39,335 nt of DNA from the IMG/VR virus record IMGVR_UViG_3300024232_000031, positions 1 to 39,335 of that record. One strand, 5' to 3'. The stretch is from a virus. Lineage: Duplodnaviria; Caudoviricetes. Made by a program: the position numbers and the translations under genes. The notes beneath the pieces are model-generated. The model was not told the DNA's origin and did no database searches. It saw nothing but the letters and a program-made list of their open reading frames with translations. This document shows, one piece after another, positions 8,049-17,493 of the stretch (the first letter of the stretch is position 1; each line of letters begins with the position of its first letter).

Positions 8049-8065
8049 ATCGCGCGATCAAGCGC
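8017..8065 (+). promoter_or_regulatory. sigma70-type early promoter (rightward) with downstream GCGCGATCAAGCGC box
   Basis: TGGTCT-N17-TATATA; near-identical to the promoter at 29717-29766 on the minus strand. Confidence 0.65.
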
Positions 8066-8083
8066 CCCACGGAGAACCGTATC

Positions 8084-8269
8084 ATGCGACGCGTCGTTAT
8101 TCTCAAAGGACTGAAAGAGTTCATCGGCAAGACCGGGACGGTCAGCCATAAAGAGGGGACCTACCTCCGGGTCATACTCGACCAGCCGGTTGAGATTGAG
8201 GGCATCGGCAAGGTGCGCGATGACCTTTGGGAGCCGTCCTGCCTCAGAACAATCCGCGCGCCGCGCTGA
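8084..8269 (+). CDS. KOW/SH3-like small protein
   Basis: RVVILKG..FIGKTGTV...YLRV KOW-like pattern; GGAG RBS. Confidence 0.7.
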   Translation: MRRVVILKGLKEFIGKTGTVSHKEGTYLRVILDQPVEIEGIGKVRDDLWEPSCLRTIRAPR

Positions 8270-8290
8270 CCTCAACAAGGAGCTACTACG

Positions 8291-8458
8291 ATGACCGACA
8301 CAAATGTACGCTTGGTGCTGACCGAGAATCAGATCCGCGAGCTTCTGCGCAACCTGCCGCAAAGCGAGACGCACTGCTTATCGAGCGCGCATTGGCAAGA
8401 GGTTTGCGCGCTGCGCGACAAGCTCAGCATGGCGATTGGAGAGCAAGGGGACTGGTGA
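8291..8458 (+). CDS. Hypothetical protein, 55 aa (not in ORF track)
   Basis: AAGGAG RBS; MTDTNVRLVLTENQIRELL...EQGDW; followed by a terminator. Confidence 0.65.
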   Translation: MTDTNVRLVLTENQIRELLRNLPQSETHCLSSAHWQEVCALRDKLSMAIGEQGDW

Positions 8459-8482
8459 GCTAGAGCGCTCGCGCAATAACCC

Positions 8483-8510
8483 AAGGGTCCGCCATAGCGC
8501 GGACCCTTTT
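8483..8510 (+). terminator. Intrinsic terminator
   Basis: AAGGGTCCGC-catagc-GCGGACCCTT stem followed by a T run. Confidence 0.8.
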
Positions 8511-8530
8511 CATGTCCACCAAGATTTCGC

Positions 8531-8579
8531 TTGCCTTGGCTTTGTTGCGCTTGTATATATCACGAGCGCGATCAAGCGC
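8531..8579 (+). promoter_or_regulatory. sigma70-type promoter with downstream GCGCGATCAAGCGC box
   Basis: TTGCCT(8531)-N17-TATATA(8554); box at 8566-8579. Confidence 0.75.
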
Positions 8580-8603
8580 GCCGCTCTTTGAAAAGGACAG
8601 AAA

Positions 8604-9077
8604 ATGGCTTGCTATATCATCCAGATTTCGGACACTCAACTGGACTACCTAATCGATGCGCTACTGGAAGCCAAAGAAGCGTATGCGTTCCGGCTCGAAA
8701 CTTTATACTGCGATCCAGAGGAGCCGCGACCAGGGGTTCAGCTAGATGAAATTCAGATGCTAGCATATTCACTTCTCGAACTACAAAAAGGCTCGCTCGC
8801 GCATATGAAAATCGCACCTATGATTGAATCGAGTTTTGATCCAACGAAAGCTCGGCCAACTGCATTGGAACAAGCGGACGACGATGCGCGCATGCGCGAT
8901 GCTGCTTTAAGGGGGGAACAAAGCACTTTCATAAACGAGCGCGGCTATGCTTACGCGCCTCCCAGCAAAGAATTTTCCAAGTTGAAATTGCATCCGAATC
9001 TAGAAGCTAAACTGCGAGAGCGACGTGAAACGATCGCTAAGAAAATGGAGCAACATAAGATATTGCTAGAGAATTGA
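8604..9077 (+). CDS. Hypothetical protein (monocistronic unit)
   Basis: 157 aa; AAGGA RBS; has its own promoter and terminator. Confidence 0.75.
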   Translation: MACYIIQISDTQLDYLIDALLEAKEAYAFRLETLYCDPEEPRPGVQLDEIQMLAYSLLELQKGSLAHMKIAPMIESSFDPTKARPTALEQADDDARMRDAALRGEQSTFINERGYAYAPPSKEFSKLKLHPNLEAKLRERRETIAKKMEQHKILLEN

Positions 9078-9085
9078 GTTTATGT

Positions 9086-9111
9086 AAGGGGGCTTCGGCC
9101 CCCCTTTTTTT
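9086..9111 (+). terminator. Intrinsic terminator at the convergence point
   Basis: G-run/C-run stem around a cTTCGg loop followed by T7. Confidence 0.85.
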
Positions 9112-9113
9112 GT

Positions 9114-10688
9114 TCACTTTTTGGCGCGCAGTAGCTCAGCAGCGCTCTTGCGCGATCCGCGTAGCACAGTGCTCAGCAGATTGTCGCCCTCGTTGATGAA
9201 GTCAAGGATCTTGTCCTCGATTGGCGCGCAGACGAGGTCATCGATAATCAGCGGACGATCGCCCCGCGCCATGGGCCGAGCTTGCGCTTGTGCGCGCGTG
9301 ATCGGGCTGCACGGGCTTTCAAAGAAACAAAGATAGTCCGCTTGCGGTAGGTCGATTGAGGTACCACCTGTTGCCGCATTGGCAACGAGGATCTGCGCCG
9401 CGCCGCTTTTGAAACGCGCGATCTCGACTGGCTTGTTCTTTGTATCGCCATGCAGCCAGGCGTTGGTGATCTTGCATTCATCGAGCGTTTTGCAAATAAG
9501 CTCGCCGGTGTGGATATACTCGTGGAAGATCAAGCATTGCATCCCCGGTTCTAGTTCAGCGACGAACTCGCGCAACCAGGCGAGCTTGACGCTATTTGCG
9601 AAATGGATGATATGCTGCGCGCCTTGTTCGTCGACAAATGGCACATAGCCGGATGCGATCATGCGCAGCTTGGTAAAGATCGCTTCAACTTCAACCGTCT
9701 CGTCAAGTCTTAACTTTAGCAAGCCATCAACCATGCGATCGTAGGCGGCGGCTTGCTCGTCGCCCATCGTTAGCTCAACGATGCCACTAAACACTTCCGC
9801 TGAGCGCACTTCATCCTTACCGTAGGATAGCGCGAGCGCATCAACCTTGTATTGAAACAGCGGCATCTTGCGCTTGTCAAACGCGAGCGTGAAACCATTG
9901 CGGCTGTATTGCTCTTTTCTTCCAAACGCGAACTCGAAGAACTTATAGGCGCGCCCGAAGTGTTTACCGCCATCGATCAAGAACGCCTGCGACCATATGG
10001 CGAACGGCTTACGTCCTATCGGGGTACCAGTCAGTCCGATGCGATAGCGACAGCCCTCAACAAGCCCAGCAGCGAGTGTAAACGGCAGTCCAAAGGGGTT
10101 CGCATAGAAATGCGTCTCGTCGATTATCGCATGATCGAAGAAGCTCGCTGCGATCTCGAGTGCTTGGTGATCCGCGTAGAGCTTGTTGGCCTCTTTCTTT
10201 TTGCTGAAACGCTTAACCGAGAACAATTGTTGCATTGTCGATATCGACATGATTATAAGATCGCAATCACTTAAACATGCTGCTATGAAATCGTCCTGCG
10301 AGCTTGGACCAGAGGCCACAAGTTTTGCTGTGAGCGTGCTATGTTGCGCGGCTTGCGACAGCCAGACCTGAGCGCCAATCGGCGCGTGCGCTAATATCAA
10401 GCCTTTCTTGCGAGCGATATTAGCGCGTTTAAGTTGCGCAGCCCAGTCGAGCGCGATCTTGCTCTTGCCCAGCCGCATCCAGTAGAACAATAGAGCGCGC
10501 TGCATGTATAGTGCGAACGCGACACCCTCTAGTTGATGCGGGCGAGATTTAGTTACTTCTTTGTAATACGCGCCAGTTGTATTGTAGATCATGCGCAGCA
10601 GTTCGTCGGGATCCGCGCCTTTGAAAGTCGGCCTTTCCGCGAGTGGTCGGTTAAGGAAGTTGTTGATGGCTTCAGGATCAATCGCCAT
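9114..10688 (-). CDS. SNF2-like SF2 helicase/ATPase
   Basis: RPHQLEGV Q-motif, MRLGKS, IIDETH, LTGTPI, KLRMIASG, GGTSIDL, QAQAR. Confidence 0.88.
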   Translation of the reverse strand: MAIDPEAINNFLNRPLAERPTFKGADPDELLRMIYNTTGAYYKEVTKSRPHQLEGVAFALYMQRALLFYWMRLGKSKIALDWAAQLKRANIARKKGLILAHAPIGAQVWLSQAAQHSTLTAKLVASGPSSQDDFIAACLSDCDLIIMSISTMQQLFSVKRFSKKKEANKLYADHQALEIAASFFDHAIIDETHFYANPFGLPFTLAAGLVEGCRYRIGLTGTPIGRKPFAIWSQAFLIDGGKHFGRAYKFFEFAFGRKEQYSRNGFTLAFDKRKMPLFQYKVDALALSYGKDEVRSAEVFSGIVELTMGDEQAAAYDRMVDGLLKLRLDETVEVEAIFTKLRMIASGYVPFVDEQGAQHIIHFANSVKLAWLREFVAELEPGMQCLIFHEYIHTGELICKTLDECKITNAWLHGDTKNKPVEIARFKSGAAQILVANAATGGTSIDLPQADYLCFFESPCSPITRAQAQARPMARGDRPLIIDDLVCAPIEDKILDFINEGDNLLSTVLRGSRKSAAELLRAKK

Positions 10689-10691
10689 GGA

Positions 10692-10901
10692 TCACCACTT
10701 GTCCGGATCCAGATCGACAAGGATTGGCTCACGTCCACCATTGCGAGCGAGTATGCACTTGTTTGGATTATCTCGATAGGGCGATACATGCGGGTGGTTA
10801 GGTATGCCGCGCAGCCCCGCCTTGCGCAGTAAGCCAACCTCTTGATTGGTCAGCGTTCGGCCCTCTGGCGGGATTGGTTTAACAAGCGCTCGATAGCTCA
10901 T
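10692..10901 (-). CDS. Hypothetical protein
   Basis: 69 aa; tightly packed between DnaB and SNF2. Confidence 0.6.
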   Translation of the reverse strand: MSYRALVKPIPPEGRTLTNQEVGLLRKAGLRGIPNHPHVSPYRDNPNKCILARNGGREPILVDLDPDKW

Positions 10902-12290
10902 TCAATCGTCCTGTTCCTCTCCGTTGAAACGATTGATTTCCTCTTCTAGGTGTTTGTTCATGTAGCATGAGTCTATACAAAACTGCCCTGTTGGATAATT
11001 TTGGGTTATCATTGAAACCCATTTGTCTTCAGTATTGCGCGCAGCATCGACAAGCACTCTCGCGAGACCGATCTGGCGCTCGGCATTTGTGCGCGATAGC
11101 GTGCAGACGATATCAGCTGTTTGTGTTTTCGTGAAGTCCTCGCTGACATGCTGCGAGCTAACAACGCGGGACATATCACCGACGCGATTGGCTTGCGTTA
11201 CAACCACCAGTGCTAGATTACGTGCGACAGCGATACCGCGCAATTGTCTGAATATCTGCGAGGTATCCGTGCGTATCGAGTCGCCACGTATCGACATGAG
11301 ATCGGGATAGTCGATAATCAACAAATCTGGACGAAAGTTATCCTGCCGGGCGAGGGTATCGAGATAGGCGTTTAGTTGCGCGATTGTCAGCGATGAAGTG
11401 GGGAATTCCTTAATCAGCAAGCGGGGTCGGTTCTTTAGTGATGTTAGCCTTTGCATGACGTACGACTTTGTATCAAGCCCCAGGTTCATCGGCGTGCGCG
11501 TATCGAAATCAAGCGCGACCTGACCCATAGCATTCTTCACGAAGATTGGCACGCGTATCGTTTCTGCTTTGCCATAGGTCATCGCGAACAATGCTTGCAC
11601 GTAACGTTGACTTGTGATCTCTTCGCTATTCTCGAGCGTGATATGTAAGACGGACTTGCGGTGCATGATCCCTTGTTTACCAATTTCAACAAGCCACCAT
11701 GACTTGCCGCTCTTCTTGGCGCCGATAATCAGGAACATCGTCTTACGCTGCGGGCGGACGCGGCGCTGGTCCAATATCTCAACGCCGGAGGGGAAGAAAT
11801 CTGATTCAACTTCGTTAAGGAATGCCAGCATCTTTTCGGCATCGTGCAGCCAGATCCCCGGGGAGGACGCGATGCCGATGTCTTGCTCGTGTAGCGCTCG
11901 CTGCGCACCTTCCAGATCCCCGGCCTGCAAGGCGTCAGCAGCCGTTTCAATTGTCATCGCGAGCTTGCGTACTGTGATGAAGCGCGACAGCTCTGAGAGT
12001 ACGTAGGGGGGCTGTAGGTTCGGCGTTAGCGCTTCCATCGCCTCGAGGATATCGCGCAGGATCTTGCCATCATTCCCGCGCCGCAACTCGTTCTCGAGGA
12101 TATCGTAAAGATGCGCCCCGGGCGGGTTGCTATAGTCACGGATATATTCAAACGCGACTTCAGCGATCTTGCGGTAGTTACGCGTTGAAAAGAGGTCAGG
12201 GGTTAACTCTAAAGTTAATGCGGATGCGTGCTCAGCGCTCCAGCATAAAAGGGTGAGGATGTTGTCCTCCAGCGACCCTTGCAGTAGCAT
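10902..12290 (-). CDS. DnaB-like replicative helicase
   Basis: GAKKSGKS Walker A, HITLEN, LLIIDYPDLM, VTQANR, VSEDF...TAD. Confidence 0.9.
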   Translation of the reverse strand: MLLQGSLEDNILTLLCWSAEHASALTLELTPDLFSTRNYRKIAEVAFEYIRDYSNPPGAHLYDILENELRRGNDGKILRDILEAMEALTPNLQPPYVLSELSRFITVRKLAMTIETAADALQAGDLEGAQRALHEQDIGIASSPGIWLHDAEKMLAFLNEVESDFFPSGVEILDQRRVRPQRKTMFLIIGAKKSGKSWWLVEIGKQGIMHRKSVLHITLENSEEITSQRYVQALFAMTYGKAETIRVPIFVKNAMGQVALDFDTRTPMNLGLDTKSYVMQRLTSLKNRPRLLIKEFPTSSLTIAQLNAYLDTLARQDNFRPDLLIIDYPDLMSIRGDSIRTDTSQIFRQLRGIAVARNLALVVVTQANRVGDMSRVVSSQHVSEDFTKTQTADIVCTLSRTNAERQIGLARVLVDAARNTEDKWVSMITQNYPTGQFCIDSCYMNKHLEEEINRFNGEEQDD

Positions 12291-12300
12291 CGGTCCGCCC

Positions 12301-13035
12301 TCAATCGAGGCCGAGTAGCTTATGCGTTTGTATGCTGAGTCGGTAGCTATGCTTTAGTGCGAGCGCGGCGGCGAAACCTTGATTGACCATTGTTGCTGGA
12401 TCGTCAAGTTCGTCGCACGCTTGCACAAATACACGATTTCGATATTCAAGCGCTGGTCGGAACAACGGCGCCTTTTTACCTTGGATCTGGGTTGACATCA
12501 TCGGCAAGCCATCGGACGGACTCACCTCCTCTTGTGCGCGTATGATGTATTTCCAGTAAACGTCGTACGATCGCGGCGTTTGAAGTTGCACAACAATCGA
12601 TGGCGTCTTGGGCGAGCAAACAATCGTTAAACGACTTGATCGTTCGTTGGGTTCAACGCGAGAGGTTAAACCATCATCGGGCCAAACGGTGCCCGCTGTT
12701 TCAATCTGAAAACGCATCGACTGCGCGCTTGGGTGATCGATAAGCGAGCGTAATGGTTGAAGCATTGGTTCGCCGCCTGTGATGATAACAAGGTGACAAT
12801 TGCGCTCAATCGAGAGGTTGCGGATGCGCAGCATGAGTTCATCAGCGCTCATTTCCTCCCCGCCCTCGAAGGCGGTGTCGCACCAAAAACAACGCAGATT
12901 GCAGCCCGCTAAGCGGACAAAGATCGAAGGCGTACCAACGAGTGGGCCCTCGCCTTGCAGCGTATAAAAGATTGAATGCACGTTAAACCCTTCCGCTATA
13001 GAGCGGGAGCGCGCAACCTCGTTGGTACCAAGCAT
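12301..13035 (-). CDS. queE: 7-carboxy-7-deazaguanine synthase (radical SAM)
   Basis: IFYTLQGEG, FVRLAGCNLRCFWCDT, ITGGEP, IETAGT, VCSPK, LSIQTHK. Confidence 0.95.
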   Translation of the reverse strand: MLGTNEVARSRSIAEGFNVHSIFYTLQGEGPLVGTPSIFVRLAGCNLRCFWCDTAFEGGEEMSADELMLRIRNLSIERNCHLVIITGGEPMLQPLRSLIDHPSAQSMRFQIETAGTVWPDDGLTSRVEPNERSSRLTIVCSPKTPSIVVQLQTPRSYDVYWKYIIRAQEEVSPSDGLPMMSTQIQGKKAPLFRPALEYRNRVFVQACDELDDPATMVNQGFAAALALKHSYRLSIQTHKLLGLD

Positions 13036-13046
13036 GTTTAGCCCTC

Positions 13047-13496
13047 TCAGTTTAACTCAGCATATGCCGAGCACTTTCTTGTTTCTTCAACTATGACCTT
13101 TCTGCAATATACGCCCGTATCGCGCAACTGCAGGGGCGCGACACGATGCAGTAAATGAAGCGCCATGTTCTCAGCTGTGGGGTTAAATGGGACGCGCACA
13201 ATACTTGACATGGCCTCGATGATATCGCAGTCAGTATCTTGAAGAATTAACTGTGCGAAGGGATCTGCATCCCAGAGGATCATTTTGTGATCCCAATAAT
13301 CCTCGAGCCAGCTGCATAAGCGCCCTTTAACCACGCTGAAATCGATCACCCGACCGAGTGCGTCAAGCTCGCCCGCGCACTCGAAATGGATGCGATAGTT
13401 GTGACCATGCAAGCCTTTGCACTTGCTTTCATGTCCAACTACTCGATGCCCGCACGAGATATCGTGATACCGAGATATCGAGACTTTTTGCACCAT
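13047..13496 (-). CDS. queD: 6-carboxytetrahydropterin synthase
   Basis: GHR...C..LHGHNY, VIDF, WDH, PTAENMA, EET. Confidence 0.93.
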   Translation of the reverse strand: MVQKVSISRYHDISCGHRVVGHESKCKGLHGHNYRIHFECAGELDALGRVIDFSVVKGRLCSWLEDYWDHKMILWDADPFAQLILQDTDCDIIEAMSSIVRVPFNPTAENMALHLLHRVAPLQLRDTGVYCRKVIVEETRKCSAYAELN

Positions 13497-13524
13497 ATTG
13501 GGCTATTAACTTTCCTGTTGAGGT

Positions 13525-15330
13525 TTACTCTTCGACGTTCGTGAGCAGTTGAATGTGGGAACCGCTCTCCGTTTTAGTTACCATATATACGCGGTCGAAG
13601 CTGTTTAACTGTAGGCTGCGGTGATCGCAGACCCAAATGGCTTTCTTTGTGCTAATAACTCGATTCCGCAAGCATTCAAACAGGTCATCGATGCCGCTAC
13701 CACCAAGGTGCTGCGTTGGTTCATCCCATACCTCGAAGTCGATTTTAACGCCAGCCATCCGCTGGATCAGAGAGGCGAGCCCAAGCGCTGAGGCTAAACG
13801 GATACGCTGCGCTTCACCGCCCGAATACGCTTCCCATGGTGCACTCGAGGCTGGCGATGCTACGCGGATATGGATGCCGGTACGCAGCGAGCCCGATTTG
13901 GTCTCGAGTTCTGTTGTATAATGCAAGCGCCAACCAACGAGCCCGAGCGCTGCGGCAGCCGTTGCTGTTTCAATCTCCAGCTGAGCGAGGATCCGTTTAA
14001 CCATGAACAGGCGTACGCGCTTGAATGCTGCTTTCCAAAACTCCATCTCGCGCTGCTTGAAGATGACGTTCGCTCGCTTACGCTGCGCTTGCCGCAAGCG
14101 TGCTTTGACAGCTGCGATCTCGGCCTTGGCTTGCTCGTATCGCGCGACATGCGGGTTTGGCGCATCGATCATAACATTTGTCGCGCGTACAGCTGCCTCG
14201 ATTATTTGTTCTTGTGCTCGATAGTGTGCGGCGGCGTCCGCTTGCTGCGCGATCAGAAACTCGCGCTTGCGTGCTAGCTTTGCGTGTTCAGCGACCATCG
14301 CTTCAAGGGCTGCGCTGATAGCATGCGTTTCAGTACCATTGGTTTTGATCTGGCGCTCTAGTTGTGCCTTCTCACGATGCAGCTGTTTAATCACGCCATC
14401 CGCGAACGTCGCGTTAATCGTTTGCTGACACGTTTCACAAACGCGCGAATGTTGGTAGAATTGCAAGCGCTTGTCGGCTGCTTGCATCGCGGCGAACAGC
14501 GTACGGTATTCAGCTTCCTTTTGTGCTTTAGCTGTTTGATAGCTTCGGACGCGCGCGTCAAGCTCTACGCGTGGGGGCAGCGCTTGAACAGCAGCGGATG
14601 TCTTCGCTATCAGGGGCTTGAGTTCGCTCAATCCAGCCTCGAGCGCTTCAACCTCCTTGATCGCTGCTTCAACGCGCTCGTTCTGCCCCTCTTGCCAAGC
14701 CGCGATCTCGGCTTCGATCTCAGCGAGCGTTTCAGCACCCTCTAGCTTCCCCTGACAGAACGCGATCTCGCGAGCGATCGCTTCCCCCTCGCGAGATAGC
14801 TCTGTGCTTCGCTCTCCCGCCCGCTCAGAGGCTTTCAACCAGAGCCCCATATCTAGTACCGCGTCAAGCAATGCCCCCCTCTCCGGGCTTGTGAGGTCGA
14901 TTAGCAGGGGTACCGCTTGCCCGAACACAACTGAATGCAAAAAGGGATCTTTTGGCAAGCCAATCAAACGGTCCACGTCGCGCTGTTCGGCTGGCTCGCC
15001 GTTGATTGTCAGCTTGTTCGGCGAGCCCGAGCGCTCGATGGCAAGCTCGTCGTCATCGATAATCCAATACGTTGTTACGCAGGGCTGCTTTTCGCCCCAT
15101 GAAACAAGATCAGAGGCGCGCATGCCCTTGACGGAGACGCCGTAGAGGCAATAAACAAGGGCATCCCACAACGTACTCTTGCCAGCTCCGTTCGCCTCTA
15201 AGCGGGGCTCAACCTGATTGTCGCCCGTGAGGAAGATCAACCCGGACGCCATCGGCATTTCAAACGTCGTTGTTTCACGAAACGAGCGGAACTTATCGAT
15301 GACAATTGAGTGGAATATTATGTTACGCAT
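13525..15330 (-). CDS. SbcC/Rad50-like ATPase
   Basis: NGAGKST Walker A, coiled coils, CETCQQ zinc hook, SGGE signature, WDEPT, CDH. Confidence 0.92.
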   Translation of the reverse strand: MRNIIFHSIVIDKFRSFRETTTFEMPMASGLIFLTGDNQVEPRLEANGAGKSTLWDALVYCLYGVSVKGMRASDLVSWGEKQPCVTTYWIIDDDELAIERSGSPNKLTINGEPAEQRDVDRLIGLPKDPFLHSVVFGQAVPLLIDLTSPERGALLDAVLDMGLWLKASERAGERSTELSREGEAIAREIAFCQGKLEGAETLAEIEAEIAAWQEGQNERVEAAIKEVEALEAGLSELKPLIAKTSAAVQALPPRVELDARVRSYQTAKAQKEAEYRTLFAAMQAADKRLQFYQHSRVCETCQQTINATFADGVIKQLHREKAQLERQIKTNGTETHAISAALEAMVAEHAKLARKREFLIAQQADAAAHYRAQEQIIEAAVRATNVMIDAPNPHVARYEQAKAEIAAVKARLRQAQRKRANVIFKQREMEFWKAAFKRVRLFMVKRILAQLEIETATAAAALGLVGWRLHYTTELETKSGSLRTGIHIRVASPASSAPWEAYSGGEAQRIRLASALGLASLIQRMAGVKIDFEVWDEPTQHLGGSGIDDLFECLRNRVISTKKAIWVCDHRSLQLNSFDRVYMVTKTESGSHIQLLTNVEE

Positions 15331-15583
15331 GGTTAAACCTGGCTATTCGTTCGGAGGATCGCTGCTGTCGTAGGCACCCGCATGACTTTGTTAAACCGCT
15401 CTTCAAGCTATCGGACCTGACGCGCGTCTTACGGCCGCACTCACATTGACATAACCAGAACGCATTCGATTCCGCGTGGGGATCACCATACCCGCCAGGT
15501 GGGGTGCGATGCAATACGGTTAAACGTGCGAACACTTGCCCTGTTAAATCGATGACGCGCTTGCTCGGCCCGAAGTTAGTCAT
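15323..15583 (-). CDS. Stand-alone or truncated N-terminal Zn domain of an HNH-type homing endonuclease family
   Basis: IDLTGQVFARLTVL...WLCQCECG...LKSGLTKSCGC; paralogous to the N-half of 27812-28312 but has no nuclease half. Confidence 0.75.
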   Translation of the reverse strand: MTNFGPSKRVIDLTGQVFARLTVLHRTPPGGYGDPHAESNAFWLCQCECGRKTRVRSDSLKSGLTKSCGCLRQQRSSERIARFNHA

Positions 15584-16572
15584 CCAATCGTCTCCCTCAG
15601 CAGTTCAAGTCCCGCGTTGAACATAGCATCGTTTATGTCCTCGGCATCGGCGAACAGACGCAGGATATATTCAGGATCGTTTTCCGGAGCTATATCCGCC
15701 GCGTTATCCGCAGCGCGCGTCCCTTCGATCTCAGGTTCAATGCTAAACAATCTGACCTGATAATGTTCCGCCCAAGCAAGCATCCAATCTTGCATAGCGG
15801 ACCATTTCTCGATATCTGCCAGAGCGAGTTTACAGATGATGCGCGCTTGATCTCCAGGGCGCGTTAATACGCGTTCGAGATCCTTTGTCGTATCGATGCG
15901 CAACATTAACTTTTGAATTGAGATCAGAGGGATTGTTCGCGCGAGCGTATAGTCGTCGTTTAGCTCTAGCATCTGGCAGGGGTAGCTATCGCCGAACGCG
16001 ACGGGATGCGGCGCGCCAACATACTTAACCCGCTTGACAACCTGCGTTGTATGTATGTCGCCGGAGTAGACTTTTAACTTTCGAGGAAACTCTGGCATCT
16101 TATCATTGTCGAGGATGTAGCCGTTATTCCCCTTGGCGCCGGATATGGTTTGATGGATCAATGCAGCGCGATAATGATTGAAAGGAATGTTAGCCCAATC
16201 GCTAGCTGGATCGCTGCTATAGGGCAATAAGAGTAAATCCTCGAGCGCGTGCGGCTTCGTTATGAAGGTGAGATATTCCGAGAGTGAGTCGAGGAATTGC
16301 CAATACGGCGTCCCACGTAATGGTTTGTCATGGTTACCCATGAGGATATAAATCACAGCGCCCTTATCTGCGAGCGCTTTGAATTTAGTTATGAGACGAT
16401 TAACAAGCTCAGCGCTATGGCGGTCCTTACGATCGCAGATATCCCCCAGATGGAAGATGCGCGTATGGTCCGCCCCTTCAAACATCCAATCATCAAGCGC
16501 GTCGAATGCCCGCCACCTGTATTCATTTTGCGGGTTATCATCCAGGTGCCAGTCGCTTGTGAGTAATATCAT
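15580..16572 (-). CDS. SbcD/Mre11-like metallophosphoesterase nuclease
   Basis: SDWH, LGD, MGNHD, HQT, SGDIH, YVGAP; adjacent to SbcC. Confidence 0.92.
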   Translation of the reverse strand: MILLTSDWHLDDNPQNEYRWRAFDALDDWMFEGADHTRIFHLGDICDRKDRHSAELVNRLITKFKALADKGAVIYILMGNHDKPLRGTPYWQFLDSLSEYLTFITKPHALEDLLLLPYSSDPASDWANIPFNHYRAALIHQTISGAKGNNGYILDNDKMPEFPRKLKVYSGDIHTTQVVKRVKYVGAPHPVAFGDSYPCQMLELNDDYTLARTIPLISIQKLMLRIDTTKDLERVLTRPGDQARIICKLALADIEKWSAMQDWMLAWAEHYQVRLFSIEPEIEGTRAADNAADIAPENDPEYILRLFADAEDINDAMFNAGLELLRETIG

Positions 16573-17131
16573 CGGGCCCCTCTAGCAGTATAGTTGGATC
16601 AACAGTAATCAGCATATCCGACAATAGCATCGCGAAAGTGCTGCCACGATGCAAAATGTGGTACATAGGCAAGATCGAAGCACGTTTACTTGGCTTGCGG
16701 GCTGCGAGGAAGCGATGCCCTATACGGCCATTCACGAAGACAAGCGGCTCGCGATGGTTTTGTCGCGCGATAAGCATATACTCAAGCCCGATGCTGCGTG
16801 CTTGTCGATTGGCTAAACGAATGATCTCGCCCAAAGCCTTGCCGCCTTTTGGATCCCAAAAGTGAGCCTCAACGCCAAGGTCCGCCAGATGCTTGCATTC
16901 AACCGAGAAATTCTCGAGGAACTTAAACGCGAGCGGGTGCGCTGCCATGATGTCGCCGGGCATGCGGGACGAGCGCTCACCCTTACGCTCGAGGATCGTG
17001 AAGCTACCGCCACTTAAAACGTTACGTGTGAAGATATCGGGGCGCTGATTATTTGTTAACCAGAGCGAGAGCGCTTTCCCAACCTGGCGTTCCCACTCGG
17101 CGCCCTTAGCGTGTCCACCGCCCTTACGCAT
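16538..17131 (-). CDS. PD-(D/E)xK Holliday junction resolvase-like nuclease
   Basis: KGAEWERQV, GDI, VECK. Confidence 0.75.
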   Translation of the reverse strand: MRKGGGHAKGAEWERQVGKALSLWLTNNQRPDIFTRNVLSGGSFTILERKGERSSRMPGDIMAAHPLAFKFLENFSVECKHLADLGVEAHFWDPKGGKALGEIIRLANRQARSIGLEYMLIARQNHREPLVFVNGRIGHRFLAARKPSKRASILPMYHILHRGSTFAMLLSDMLITVDPTILLEGPDDITHKRLAPG

Positions 17132-17492
17132 GGTCTTCGATTATTGAAACGGGCACGCCGGACCTGCGGGCTTGTAAGACCATGTTGAAGGTCCCGCGTG
17201 ATTGCTCGATTGGCTTGTTAATAAACGCGAGCACCAGATCCGGCTTACCCTCGCGCAGCATACGAGCGTTTCGTTGCGGGCCAGCGCTCTGTCCGCGCTG
17301 CACCCATGCTGCGTTATAGGTTTCAATGGGAATGTCGTGCGCGGCTGCCCAGTAGCGGGCGAAACGATCCGCTCCGAGCGCCCCGCCTTCAATCAGGACT
17401 GAAACGCTTTTAGAGCGACGCAGTCCTTCAAGCGCTTCATCAATCAGGTGATAATCGGTAAAGTCGCGACTTCCGCAAACGAGCACGCGCAT
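17124..17492 (-). CDS. SLOG/YspA-like protein (DUF2493)
   Basis: VLVCGSRDF, GGALGAD, AGPQRNARM, SRGT.NM. Confidence 0.88.
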   Translation of the reverse strand: MRVLVCGSRDFTDYHLIDEALEGLRRSKSVSVLIEGGALGADRFARYWAAAHDIPIETYNAAWVQRGQSAGPQRNARMLREGKPDLVLAFINKPIEQSRGTFNMVLQARRSGVPVSIIEDHA

Positions 17493-17493
17493 G

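Noticed and set aside
7481-8374. 297-aa minus-strand ORF
   Set aside because: It runs across promoters and antisense to RBS-supported genes, and its Arg/Ser-rich composition is not protein-like; treated as a shadow ORF.
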